Assembly: GCA_038042445.1 (NCBI GenBank)
Contig: JBBTED010000158.1
Coordinates: 1-26,595 of the forward strand
Reading direction: 5' to 3'
Source: Candidatus Firestoneibacteriota bacterium
GTDB lineage: Bacteria; Oederibacteriota; D2-FULL-39-29; JBBTED01
DNA length: 26,595 nt
The notes beneath the pieces were generated by a model. It worked only from the letters and a program-made list of their open reading frames with translations, had not been told where the DNA came from and did no database searches. Below, piece after piece: positions 1 to 7,249 of the stretch (position 1 is the stretch's first letter; every line of letters begins with the position of its first letter). Position numbers and translations under genes: made by a program.

Positions 1-157
1 CAGAACATACACCTACTGCAACTGATTCCTCTCCAATATATATATGCACAAATCCGGGAATGAAACCTTTGGCATATAACTCACTTACTTTCTCTTCAAA
101 TTTTCGTATAGTAACCATTTTTTTATACATTTCTAACAATTTTTCTTTATTGACCAT
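1..157 (-). CDS. TPP-dependent dehydrogenase E1 component alpha subunit (PdhA/AcoA family), 5' part; runs off the left edge
   Basis: Not in the ORF track. Manual translation from ATG at 157 gives MVNKEKLLEMYKKMVTIRKFEEKVSELYAKGFIPGFVHIYIGEESVAVGVCS, the classic E1-alpha N-terminus (R.FEE...G.I.GF.H.Y.G.E..AVG). SD GGAGGGTG lies upstream. Confidence 0.92.
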   Translation of the reverse strand, partial: MVNKEKLLEMYKKMVTIRKFEEKVSELYAKGFIPGFVHIYIGEESVAVGVCS

Positions 158-179
158 TATTTCACCCTCCAACATTAAA

Positions 180-602
180 TTAAATCTTTCCGGAAACACC
201 AAAAAGAAATTTAATCAACTTATCGTTGAAATTAAAATACTGGTGTTTTACTTTACCAGGTATTAAAAATTTCTCCCCTTTACAAATCTCATAACTTACT
301 TTGGATACAGAATCCATATTCTCATTAGCCTCGAAAGTTCTTACTACAAGAGTTCCTTCAAGAACATATAAAACTTCATCTCCTTGATGTTCCTCTGGGT
401 CAGAATAAGATGCTATAGAAATTTTCCCTATCCCATAATTGATATAGTCATTACTCACCATTAAAGATATTAGTATATGGTTTTTGTTTCCATGAATAAG
501 ATGTAAATGTTTTTCTGGATTTATCGGAACCAATTGTTTTTTTGCCCTTGCCTCTTTACCAGAAATAGGCCATTTGCCAACAAAATCAATATTAGCTACC
601 AT
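180..602 (-). CDS. Cupin-domain protein
   Basis: Cupin motif 1 EEHQGDEVLYVLEG and motif 2 FLIPGKVKHQYFN. SD GAGGAG lies inside the end of the upstream gene, with an 11-nt overlap. Confidence 0.85.
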   Translation of the reverse strand: MVANIDFVGKWPISGKEARAKKQLVPINPEKHLHLIHGNKNHILISLMVSNDYINYGIGKISIASYSDPEEHQGDEVLYVLEGTLVVRTFEANENMDSVSKVSYEICKGEKFLIPGKVKHQYFNFNDKLIKFLFGVSGKI

Positions 603-1086
603 TGGTCATCTCCTCCTCACTCTTAAAAAATTTAGGTTTGCCAGTATATTTTATTTCTGTCCCCATTTCATCATCTTCAACCCATATTTTTGGAGCAATA
701 CAACAAATTGCCTTAATTATTTTATCTGTAAAATTAAATATTTGATGCCATGTCCCCTGAGGTATATAAAGCACATCACCTGCATGCAATTGATAAACTT
801 CTCCAGCTTCTGGATTAAATGCAATAGGATCCCCTTCCAGAATATAATAACATTCATCTCCCTGATTATGCATTCCTGGAGGTTCTATATGTGTTCCAGG
901 CGCAAGAGTATAATCTGTTAAAGAAATCTGGTCTGTACTTATATAAATCTGCGAACTTATAGGACCATCATAATTCCCATAAATCGTTGAAACTTCATCT
1001 GATTTTCTAATAACTACCGGCTTTTTCTTGTCAGGTAAAAAAGGATGCTTCCCCAGCCATTCAGGTATTTTTTTCTTATCCACCAT
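592..1086 (-). CDS. Cupin-domain protein, paralogue of 180..602
   Basis: Motifs GMHNQGDECYYILEG and LYIPQGTWHQIFN. Start moved from the ORF-track GTG (1095) to ATG 1086 because SD AGAGGTG sits 6 nt upstream of it. Confidence 0.85.
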   Translation of the reverse strand: MVDKKKIPEWLGKHPFLPDKKKPVVIRKSDEVSTIYGNYDGPISSQIYISTDQISLTDYTLAPGTHIEPPGMHNQGDECYYILEGDPIAFNPEAGEVYQLHAGDVLYIPQGTWHQIFNFTDKIIKAICCIAPKIWVEDDEMGTEIKYTGKPKFFKSEEEMTNGS

Positions 1087-1111
1087 AATTTTCACCTCTT
1101 TTTTTATTTTT

Positions 1112-2089
1112 TTAATATGCTACTCCTCCGTTAAAATAAGTACCATCATGACCACTATAGTACAAACGTAAATTTCCGTTAACCTCTACTAAATGAGGTC
1201 CCCATATACTTTCAGCTCCACCATATTCCCAGTTAAATTTTTTCTCTGGTTCTAGAATAGGATTTCCTGAATACTTTGTCCACTCTATGCCATCTTTTGA
1301 AATTGCTAAACCTATTTTAACAGGTGCCTCAGAAAATTCTCCATTTCGTCCAGCATAAACCATAACAAAGTACCCATATAAATAAACCACATAACAATGG
1401 TAAGCAAGATAAGAATCCCATTCTCCTTTTGTTGGAGAAAAAACCGGATTTGTAGACTCTTTTTTCCAATGTATTCCATCATTGGAAATTACCATTCCTG
1501 TTTCCTTAGCACTTTCACTGGTATACCACATATAATATTTATCTTTTATCTTAAGCACTGAAGGTAATATTACTGCATTCCCTTCCCACTTCTGGTCTGC
1601 TTCTAAAACTGGTTTATCTGGGTATCTCCTCCAATGAATGCCATCCTCAGATATTGCATGGTCTATTTTTATGTTGTTTTCCTTTCCGCTTTTTCCAAAT
1701 CCTCCTTGATACCACATTTCAAAAATACTTCCGTTTTTAATTACACATGGATCATCAACATACTCACAATCCCAACTACTTTTTTCACCTAATCCTAATA
1801 CAGGATTTTTCTTGGCCTTAGTCCATGTTATTCCATCCTTAGATATAGCAAGTCCAATTCTTACATTTTTCATTTCCAAACTTTTACCAGGTGCTGTAGG
1901 TTTAGTACACCAACCACTATAGTACCAGTAAAATAAATCGTTAATTTTTAAAATCGATGAGCCATGTGCTCCTGTTTTATCCCAATCACCACGTTTACCC
2001 TTGTCTAAAATAGGATTACCTTTTTCTTTTTGCCATTTACCTTCAAACTTCTTCCAAATGGAATCCTTACTTAATACTGTTGATATCAT
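1112..2089 (-). CDS. Five-bladed beta-propeller glycoside hydrolase-like protein (GH32/43/130/117-type fold), cytoplasmic
   Basis: Repeated blade motifs NP(I/V)L...WD, (W/M)Y(S/Q/T/A)G and IGLAISKDGI.W; no signal peptide; SD AAGGTG. Confidence 0.75.
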   Translation of the reverse strand: MISTVLSKDSIWKKFEGKWQKEKGNPILDKGKRGDWDKTGAHGSSILKINDLFYWYYSGWCTKPTAPGKSLEMKNVRIGLAISKDGITWTKAKKNPVLGLGEKSSWDCEYVDDPCVIKNGSIFEMWYQGGFGKSGKENNIKIDHAISEDGIHWRRYPDKPVLEADQKWEGNAVILPSVLKIKDKYYMWYTSESAKETGMVISNDGIHWKKESTNPVFSPTKGEWDSYLAYHCYVVYLYGYFVMVYAGRNGEFSEAPVKIGLAISKDGIEWTKYSGNPILEPEKKFNWEYGGAESIWGPHLVEVNGNLRLYYSGHDGTYFNGGVAY

Positions 2090-2226
2090 TATTTACACCT
2101 TCTGTAGGCAAACCAGTTCTTTTTTGAGATTGCCTTGATTGTCTTCATTGCCACTCACACCTGCTATGCGAATGTTTTAAAACTATCATATTCTATATTT
2201 AATTTACTTGAATTTACTTTTAAATT

Positions 2227-3147
2227 CTATATAGATTTTGACTTAATATTGAACTTTTTTGACAATTTTATTTTATCAAGATTTATTGAAGTTTTACGGA
2301 ATTCTCTTGGAGATATGCCCAACATTCTTTTGAACATTCGGTTAAAATATGAAACACTCTTAAAACCAGTTTCCATTGCAACCCCAGAAATTTTTACATC
2401 TGATGATTTAAGTATTTTTTTTGCATTCTCCATTCGCAAAATATTGATGTATTCGGTAATTGTATTACCAGTTGCTTTCTTAAATAATCTACAGAGGTAT
2501 TCAGGACTTATTGCCACAAATTTCGCAATTTCATTCAGATGAATTGGTTCCATATAATTATGTAAAATGTAACCCTTTGTTTTGCAAATTACATCATTAT
2601 CTTTTGTTTTATTTAAAAACAACATCTTAGTTTCCATTTCTGCAATATAATTAATAAGTAAAGTGAATAGCGTTACAAGTTCATTGAGCTTGGCTTCTGA
2701 AATAACAGGTGTATCCAGATATGCTTTTTTACGTTCAGACATATTAATATTTAATCCTTTATAGAAACTTGATATTTTTGAAAAACTTTTTTCCGTAGGT
2801 TTTTCAGTTAAAATTTGGCCTGCTGAAATATATCCTACCATTTTGTCATAAACAGTTATTGGAGCAAATATGTCTATCAAACCTGCTTTGCATTGATGAA
2901 TATGGGGCAGATTTTTTGCAAAAGCCTGTTTGCATCCTTCTTTATCGGACTGCAAACATAAATTCAATCCCTGCACTGTAGAACGTATTAACTTGCAATA
3001 TTTATTCATATATTCCAAGTCATAAAAAAGCTTCAATTTCATAAATTCACTGTCACCAATGCTTATCCACAAACCTGTTAACCTATGACAAGCATAAGCA
3101 AAATCATTAACAATTTTAAGATTAATTATATCGTCAAAAGAAAGCAT
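2227..3147 (-). CDS. AraC-family transcriptional regulator with N-terminal PocR ligand-binding domain
   Basis: N-terminal PocR signature C..IRS...G...C..SD and H.CKAGLIDIFAPI...VGYISAGQ. C-terminal AraC double HTH (LNEIAKFVAISPEYLCRLFKK; GFKSVSYFNRMFKRMLGISPREFR). Confidence 0.92.
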   Translation of the reverse strand: MLSFDDIINLKIVNDFAYACHRLTGLWISIGDSEFMKLKLFYDLEYMNKYCKLIRSTVQGLNLCLQSDKEGCKQAFAKNLPHIHQCKAGLIDIFAPITVYDKMVGYISAGQILTEKPTEKSFSKISSFYKGLNINMSERKKAYLDTPVISEAKLNELVTLFTLLINYIAEMETKMLFLNKTKDNDVICKTKGYILHNYMEPIHLNEIAKFVAISPEYLCRLFKKATGNTITEYINILRMENAKKILKSSDVKISGVAMETGFKSVSYFNRMFKRMLGISPREFRKTSINLDKIKLSKKFNIKSKSI

Positions 3148-3155
3148 TTTTTAAA

Positions 3156-3184
3156 ACATTAACACATCAAATCCCCCTTGTCAA
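3156..3184 (-). promoter_or_regulatory. Sigma70-type promoter of the PocR-AraC gene (probably leaderless or near-leaderless)
   Basis: TTGACA (3184-3179), 17 nt, TAATGT (3161-3156) with a TGn extension. ATG is 8 nt downstream and has no SD. Confidence 0.6.
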
Positions 3185-3206
3185 AGATAAATTTGCTCTA
3201 AATGTA

Positions 3207-3344
3207 ATGGGTCAGTTAATGGCGGAGATGTCATTCCCGCAGTTATTTAGCTGGAATCCAGTGTCGTTAAAATATTGATAAAACAAGACTCTGGATGCCC
3301 GATTACTACACTCGGGCATGACAAACCCCCAATAACTGACCCAT
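3207..3344. mobile_element. MITE-like element: terminal inverted repeats enclosing a cruciform palindromic repeat
   Basis: Perfect 12-bp TIR ATGGGTCAGTTA (3207-3218) / TAACTGACCCAT (3333-3344), extendable to 17/19. The inner element 3229-3323 reads TGTCATTCCCGC..GCTGGAATCCAG ... CTGGATGCCCGA..TCGGGCATGACA and has two sub-hairpins. Confidence 0.7.
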
Positions 3345-3358
3345 AAATCTTTTTGATA

Positions 3359-3529
3359 TTAAATGAGATTTTTTACATCTTTAATCATTCGGGGATTAGC
3401 ACACGATGCAAAAAATGCTTCACCATATTTTGCACCAATAAAAGTTCCGCGATCATCCAACTTTCTGATAGTCCCACCCAATCCGATAACTTCATCATCA
3501 GGATGCCCTATAAAAATACTATAGAAATA
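3359..3529 (-). pseudogene. PIG-L/LmbE-family deacetylase remnant with a large internal deletion
   Basis: Translation YFYSIFIGHPDDEVIGLGGTIRKLDDRGTFIGAKYGEAFFASCANPRMIKDVKNLI*. The N-terminal HPDDE..G.GGTI motif joins directly to the C-terminal RG..IG.KY.EAF motif. No canonical start codon precedes the motif. Confidence 0.78.
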
Positions 3530-4924
3530 TTATTTTAAACCTGCGATTGAATATACTGCGACTTGTTCGGTTTTGCCTTTAACTGTAATAGGGGTAAGTT
3601 CAACAACATTTATATTATTAGCAACTTTGGCTAAAGTATCTTTTGTGATAAGAATCTGTTTTGGTTTTGCATTTTCTGCAACTCTAAAAGTTAAATTGAC
3701 ACTATTTCCTATACTTGTATATTCCATTCTTTGCTTTATTGAACCAATACTTCCAACAACTGCTTCACCTGTGTTTATTCCAATTCCAATTGCAACTTCG
3801 TCTTTACCTTCAGTAATCCTTCGTTGATTATAATTGTTTAATTCATTTTGCATTTCTACTGCGGTTTTTACTGCACGTAAAGTATCATCATCACTTTTAA
3901 GTGGAGCACCAAATACAACCATTATGCCATCACCCATCAATTTATCAACCGTTCCTTCATTTTTAAATATAACATCTATTATCAGGGTAAAAAATTCATT
4001 TAGTAACTTGACAACTTCTATTGGATCCATATTGCTTGCTAATTTTGTAAAATTACGTATATCAGCAACTAAAACTGTAATTTCTCGTTTTTCACCCTCT
4101 AAAACAATTGAATCTTTTTCACTTAAAATTTTATCTGCAACCTGTTTTGCAACATATCGTTGAAATATATTTTTTATTCTGTCACGTTCTTTAAGACCTT
4201 CTAACATTAGATTAAAACTCTCAGTTAAAAATCCGATTTCATCTTTTGATTTAATTTCTAAAGTCTGATTTAAATCTCCTAATTCAAGTTTTTTCATACC
4301 TTTTGCCAAAGTTTCAGCTGATTTAGTAATTGTTTTTGCAAATCTTATTGATAAAATAATACCTATCAAAATTAAAGAAATTGTAAGCACTATTGCTCGC
4401 AATTGTTCGTCGTATATCTCTTTTTGCATATTTTTTAACGAAAAATAAATTTTTATGATTCCTAATCCATTGGCAATATTTCCTTCAACTATTGCAATAT
4501 GTTGTTTTGACTTATTTGATTTATCAAGACGATTGAACAACTCTACATCTGATAAAACATTAGAATTTGAGTCAAAAAAATGTGGTGATTTTTTATTCAA
4601 TGCTAATGCTTTTATTTCACTTTTGCTGTCAAAAAAAATAATGCAAATTATATTTTCATCTAATTTAGCCGCAATTTTGAGAAATTGCTCATACACATTC
4701 CAATTTATTACTTCCTTTGTTAATGGTTCAATTAATTTCAAACTTGCAATCATATATGCAACTTTTACCATTTGCCTATCCATTTCTTCTCGCTTTGTCT
4801 TACTTGCCTGAAATATTGAGAAGTATGAGTTTATAGTCATAGTTAATAATATTAGAATTATTACAAGGAGGGTAATTTTAAACCACAATTTGAATTGAAA
4901 TTTATTTTTTGGATTTTCAGGCAT
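3530..4924 (-). CDS. Membrane-bound class III adenylate cyclase (2 TM, extracytoplasmic sensor, HAMP, catalytic domain)
   Basis: Two hydrophobic TM segments, HAMP (KSKDEIGFLTESFNLM), catalytic motifs ADIRNFT, VDKLMGDGIM and EYTSIGNSVNLTFR. The Lys/Thr specificity pair suggests ATP as substrate. Confidence 0.92.
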   Translation of the reverse strand: MPENPKNKFQFKLWFKITLLVIILILLTMTINSYFSIFQASKTKREEMDRQMVKVAYMIASLKLIEPLTKEVINWNVYEQFLKIAAKLDENIICIIFFDSKSEIKALALNKKSPHFFDSNSNVLSDVELFNRLDKSNKSKQHIAIVEGNIANGLGIIKIYFSLKNMQKEIYDEQLRAIVLTISLILIGIILSIRFAKTITKSAETLAKGMKKLELGDLNQTLEIKSKDEIGFLTESFNLMLEGLKERDRIKNIFQRYVAKQVADKILSEKDSIVLEGEKREITVLVADIRNFTKLASNMDPIEVVKLLNEFFTLIIDVIFKNEGTVDKLMGDGIMVVFGAPLKSDDDTLRAVKTAVEMQNELNNYNQRRITEGKDEVAIGIGINTGEAVVGSIGSIKQRMEYTSIGNSVNLTFRVAENAKPKQILITKDTLAKVANNINVVELTPITVKGKTEQVAVYSIAGLK

Positions 4925-4927
4925 CAA

Positions 4928-5983
4928 TTATAATTTAATTAAACTAAAGGAAAATTCCGGTTTTTCACCTGATGTCATAATTTGTCGCTTTGTTGCTTCA
5001 ACAATTAGTGGAAATATTATACTGTATCCTTGACCAGATTTACCAGCAAGTATTGTATTTTGCGGTTCTTTCAAAAGTATCATTAATCCTTTATCTGTCC
5101 CCTTACCAATAACAATACTAGTGACGTTTTCTATTGTTTTTTTATCTGAAATTTCATTAGAAATGTATTTAATGCCGGATGGTTGAAATTCAACATCTAA
5201 GTTGTCAAATTCATCTTTATTAAATAAAAGTGCTATCCCAAAATTTTTTCCTCTTATACCAACTGGTATATTATATGAAAGATTATATGAAATTCCAGAG
5301 TTTGTATTTGCAATTTTTTCATTGTATCGCAACTCTTCTTTTGCACCAATAGTCCCTTTGAAATTTACAATATTATTGGCTTCCCGAGAATAAGTTGTTG
5401 TGCCTGAGTATTGTGCAGTCATTACATTATTGTCGGAAAAGAAAATCAGACTCCCAGTAATTATAGATTCACCTGATTGCTTGATTTCAAATGTTCCTTT
5501 TTCAGTGCAGGCAACAAGAAAATCTTTTCCTTCAAGAAAAATTTTTGGGGTCCTTGTTTTTAAGAAATCTTCTTCCCTTTTCTGAAGAGATTGGGGGATT
5601 TCTGAAACAATTTGAGGTTTGGCAATAGGTTTTTCGTGCATAATCTTGATTTTTTTCTCTTCATTTTTCATCTCTTCAATTTGTTGTTTTAAACCTTCAA
5701 TTTCCAAATCAGACTTTGCTTCTTTTTTAGCAGTAGTTTGTTGCTGTTTTAATTTCTCAAGTTCTTTTTCTAACATTACAATTTTATTCTTATCTTCTTT
5801 ACCTGCTGTTTTTTCCAAATTTTCTTTATCTTCCATTGTAAATTCTATTTTTATTTTCTTTTCTTCCTCTTGTTTTGCACAAGTAACATTAAATATTACC
5901 AATGCAAAAATTACGAAAACCAAACCACCTAATGGTTTAACAAATTCCAGAAAAAACTGAAGAAACTTATTTAACATATTCAT
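4928..5983 (-). CDS. Hypothetical membrane-anchored/exported protein with coiled coil
   Basis: 351-aa ORF with an N-terminal hydrophobic stretch ending ...FNVTC (possible lipobox), an E/K/Q-rich coiled-coil region and a beta-rich C-terminus. It abuts the cyclase gene. Confidence 0.7.
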   Translation of the reverse strand: MNMLNKFLQFFLEFVKPLGGLVFVIFALVIFNVTCAKQEEEKKIKIEFTMEDKENLEKTAGKEDKNKIVMLEKELEKLKQQQTTAKKEAKSDLEIEGLKQQIEEMKNEEKKIKIMHEKPIAKPQIVSEIPQSLQKREEDFLKTRTPKIFLEGKDFLVACTEKGTFEIKQSGESIITGSLIFFSDNNVMTAQYSGTTTYSREANNIVNFKGTIGAKEELRYNEKIANTNSGISYNLSYNIPVGIRGKNFGIALLFNKDEFDNLDVEFQPSGIKYISNEISDKKTIENVTSIVIGKGTDKGLMILLKEPQNTILAGKSGQGYSIIFPLIVEATKRQIMTSGEKPEFSFSLIKL

Positions 5984-6002
5984 TATCTATATTAATTACA
6001 AA

Positions 6003-6500
6003 TTACAGTTTGCTTCCTTTTTGTTTATCTAAATTAAACTTTCGATGAATTGCTTGCACAGCTTTTTCAGCATCTTTTTTCTCAATAATACAGGATATTT
6101 TTATTTCTGAAGTACTTATCATTTCAATATTTATTTTCTTCTCAGCTAATATTTCAAACATTGAAGCTGCAACACCAGGATGACTTAACATTCCTACTCC
6201 AATAACTGAAACTTTTGCAATATTTTCATCAGCAATTATACCTGTTGCACCTATTTCACTTTTTATACGTCCAAGTGCAATAAGTGTCTTTTTTAAATCA
6301 ACTTTATCAACTGTACATGAAATATTTGTTATACCTTTTTCACTAACATCCTGAATTATCATATCCACATTAACATGACGATCTGCAATTGATCTAAAAA
6401 CTTTTGCTGCAACACCTGGAGTATCAGGAACACCCAAAATTGTTAGTTTTGCTTCGTCTTTATCTAAAGTTACACCACTTATTAATAATTTTTCCATCAT
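6003..6500 (-). CDS. Putative aspartate kinase beta subunit from an internal in-frame start
   Basis: AGGAGAGG (6516-6509) lies 8 nt before in-frame ATG ATG at codons 250/251, just ahead of the ACT domains, as in alpha2beta2 aspartokinases. Confidence 0.65.
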   Translation of the reverse strand: MMEKLLISGVTLDKDEAKLTILGVPDTPGVAAKVFRSIADRHVNVDMIIQDVSEKGITNISCTVDKVDLKKTLIALGRIKSEIGATGIIADENIAKVSVIGVGMLSHPGVAASMFEILAEKKINIEMISTSEIKISCIIEKKDAEKAVQAIHRKFNLDKQKGSKL

Positions 6501-7247
6501 ATTTTTTTCCTCTCCTGTAATTAATGTGCCGGTTTTTTCATTAAAACTTGAGCGCACATAAATTGGAACATTGTATTTTTTTGCAAATTCTATTGATCTT
6601 CCATTAACTACCTGTGCACCTAAACTTGCCATTTCTAACATTTCATCATAAGATATTTTTGGAAGTTTTCTTGCTTTTGGAACTATATTAGGATTTGTCG
6701 TGTATATACCTTCAACATCTTTGTATAATTCACATATTTTTGCTTTCAATTCTGCGGCAAGTGCTACTGCAGTAAGATCAGAACCACCCCTTCCCAATGT
6801 AGTTATATCTTCTTTAGTATTCATACCCTGAAAACCTGCAACTATTACAATTTTACCTAATTTTAAAGCTTTTTCAATTTTTTTCCCGTCAATTTTTATT
6901 ATTCTTGCTTTTGTATGAATTTTGTCAGTTATTATACCAACCTGAGATCCTGTAAAAGATATTGCTTTATAGCCTAAAGCATTTATTGCAATTGCAAGTA
7001 AAGCAATGGATTGTTGTTCTCCTGTTGCCAACAACATATCAAGTTCTCTCTCTATTGGATTATCAGTTATTTTTTTTGCTAATGCAATTAACTCATCAGT
7101 GGTATCACCGGGAGCAGAAACTACTACAACTACATCATTTCCAGCTTTCTTTGTATATATAACTCTTTCAGCTACTTCTTTTATTCTCTTAGTAGTAGCA
7201 ACTGATGTTCCACCATATTTCTGAACTATTATATCTTTTTTTTTCAT
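6003..7247 (-). CDS. lysC: Aspartate kinase (alpha subunit, two ACT domains)
   Basis: VQKYGGTSV, VVVSAPGDTTD, VAGFQG, TTLGRGGSDLTA and C-terminal ACT domains (PGVAA..F; MISTSEIKISC). Confidence 0.97.
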   Translation of the reverse strand: MKKKDIIVQKYGGTSVATTKRIKEVAERVIYTKKAGNDVVVVVSAPGDTTDELIALAKKITDNPIERELDMLLATGEQQSIALLAIAINALGYKAISFTGSQVGIITDKIHTKARIIKIDGKKIEKALKLGKIVIVAGFQGMNTKEDITTLGRGGSDLTAVALAAELKAKICELYKDVEGIYTTNPNIVPKARKLPKISYDEMLEMASLGAQVVNGRSIEFAKKYNVPIYVRSSFNEKTGTLITGEEKNMMEKLLISGVTLDKDEAKLTILGVPDTPGVAAKVFRSIADRHVNVDMIIQDVSEKGITNISCTVDKVDLKKTLIALGRIKSEIGATGIIADENIAKVSVIGVGMLSHPGVAASMFEILAEKKINIEMISTSEIKISCIIEKKDAEKAVQAIHRKFNLDKQKGSKL

Positions 7248-7249
7248 TT

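Noticed and set aside
2100..2170. Leader of the propeller gene resembling a fluoride riboswitch (GGCAATGAAG...CCTAC on the minus strand)
   Set aside because: It lacks the pairing partner for the first stem and the GCTRATG core, and the downstream genes are not fluoride related. Only a 6-bp AGGCAA/TTGCCT stem is present.
3353..3538. 61-aa plus-strand ORF
   Set aside because: It is antisense to the PIG-L remnant, which explains the sequence better.
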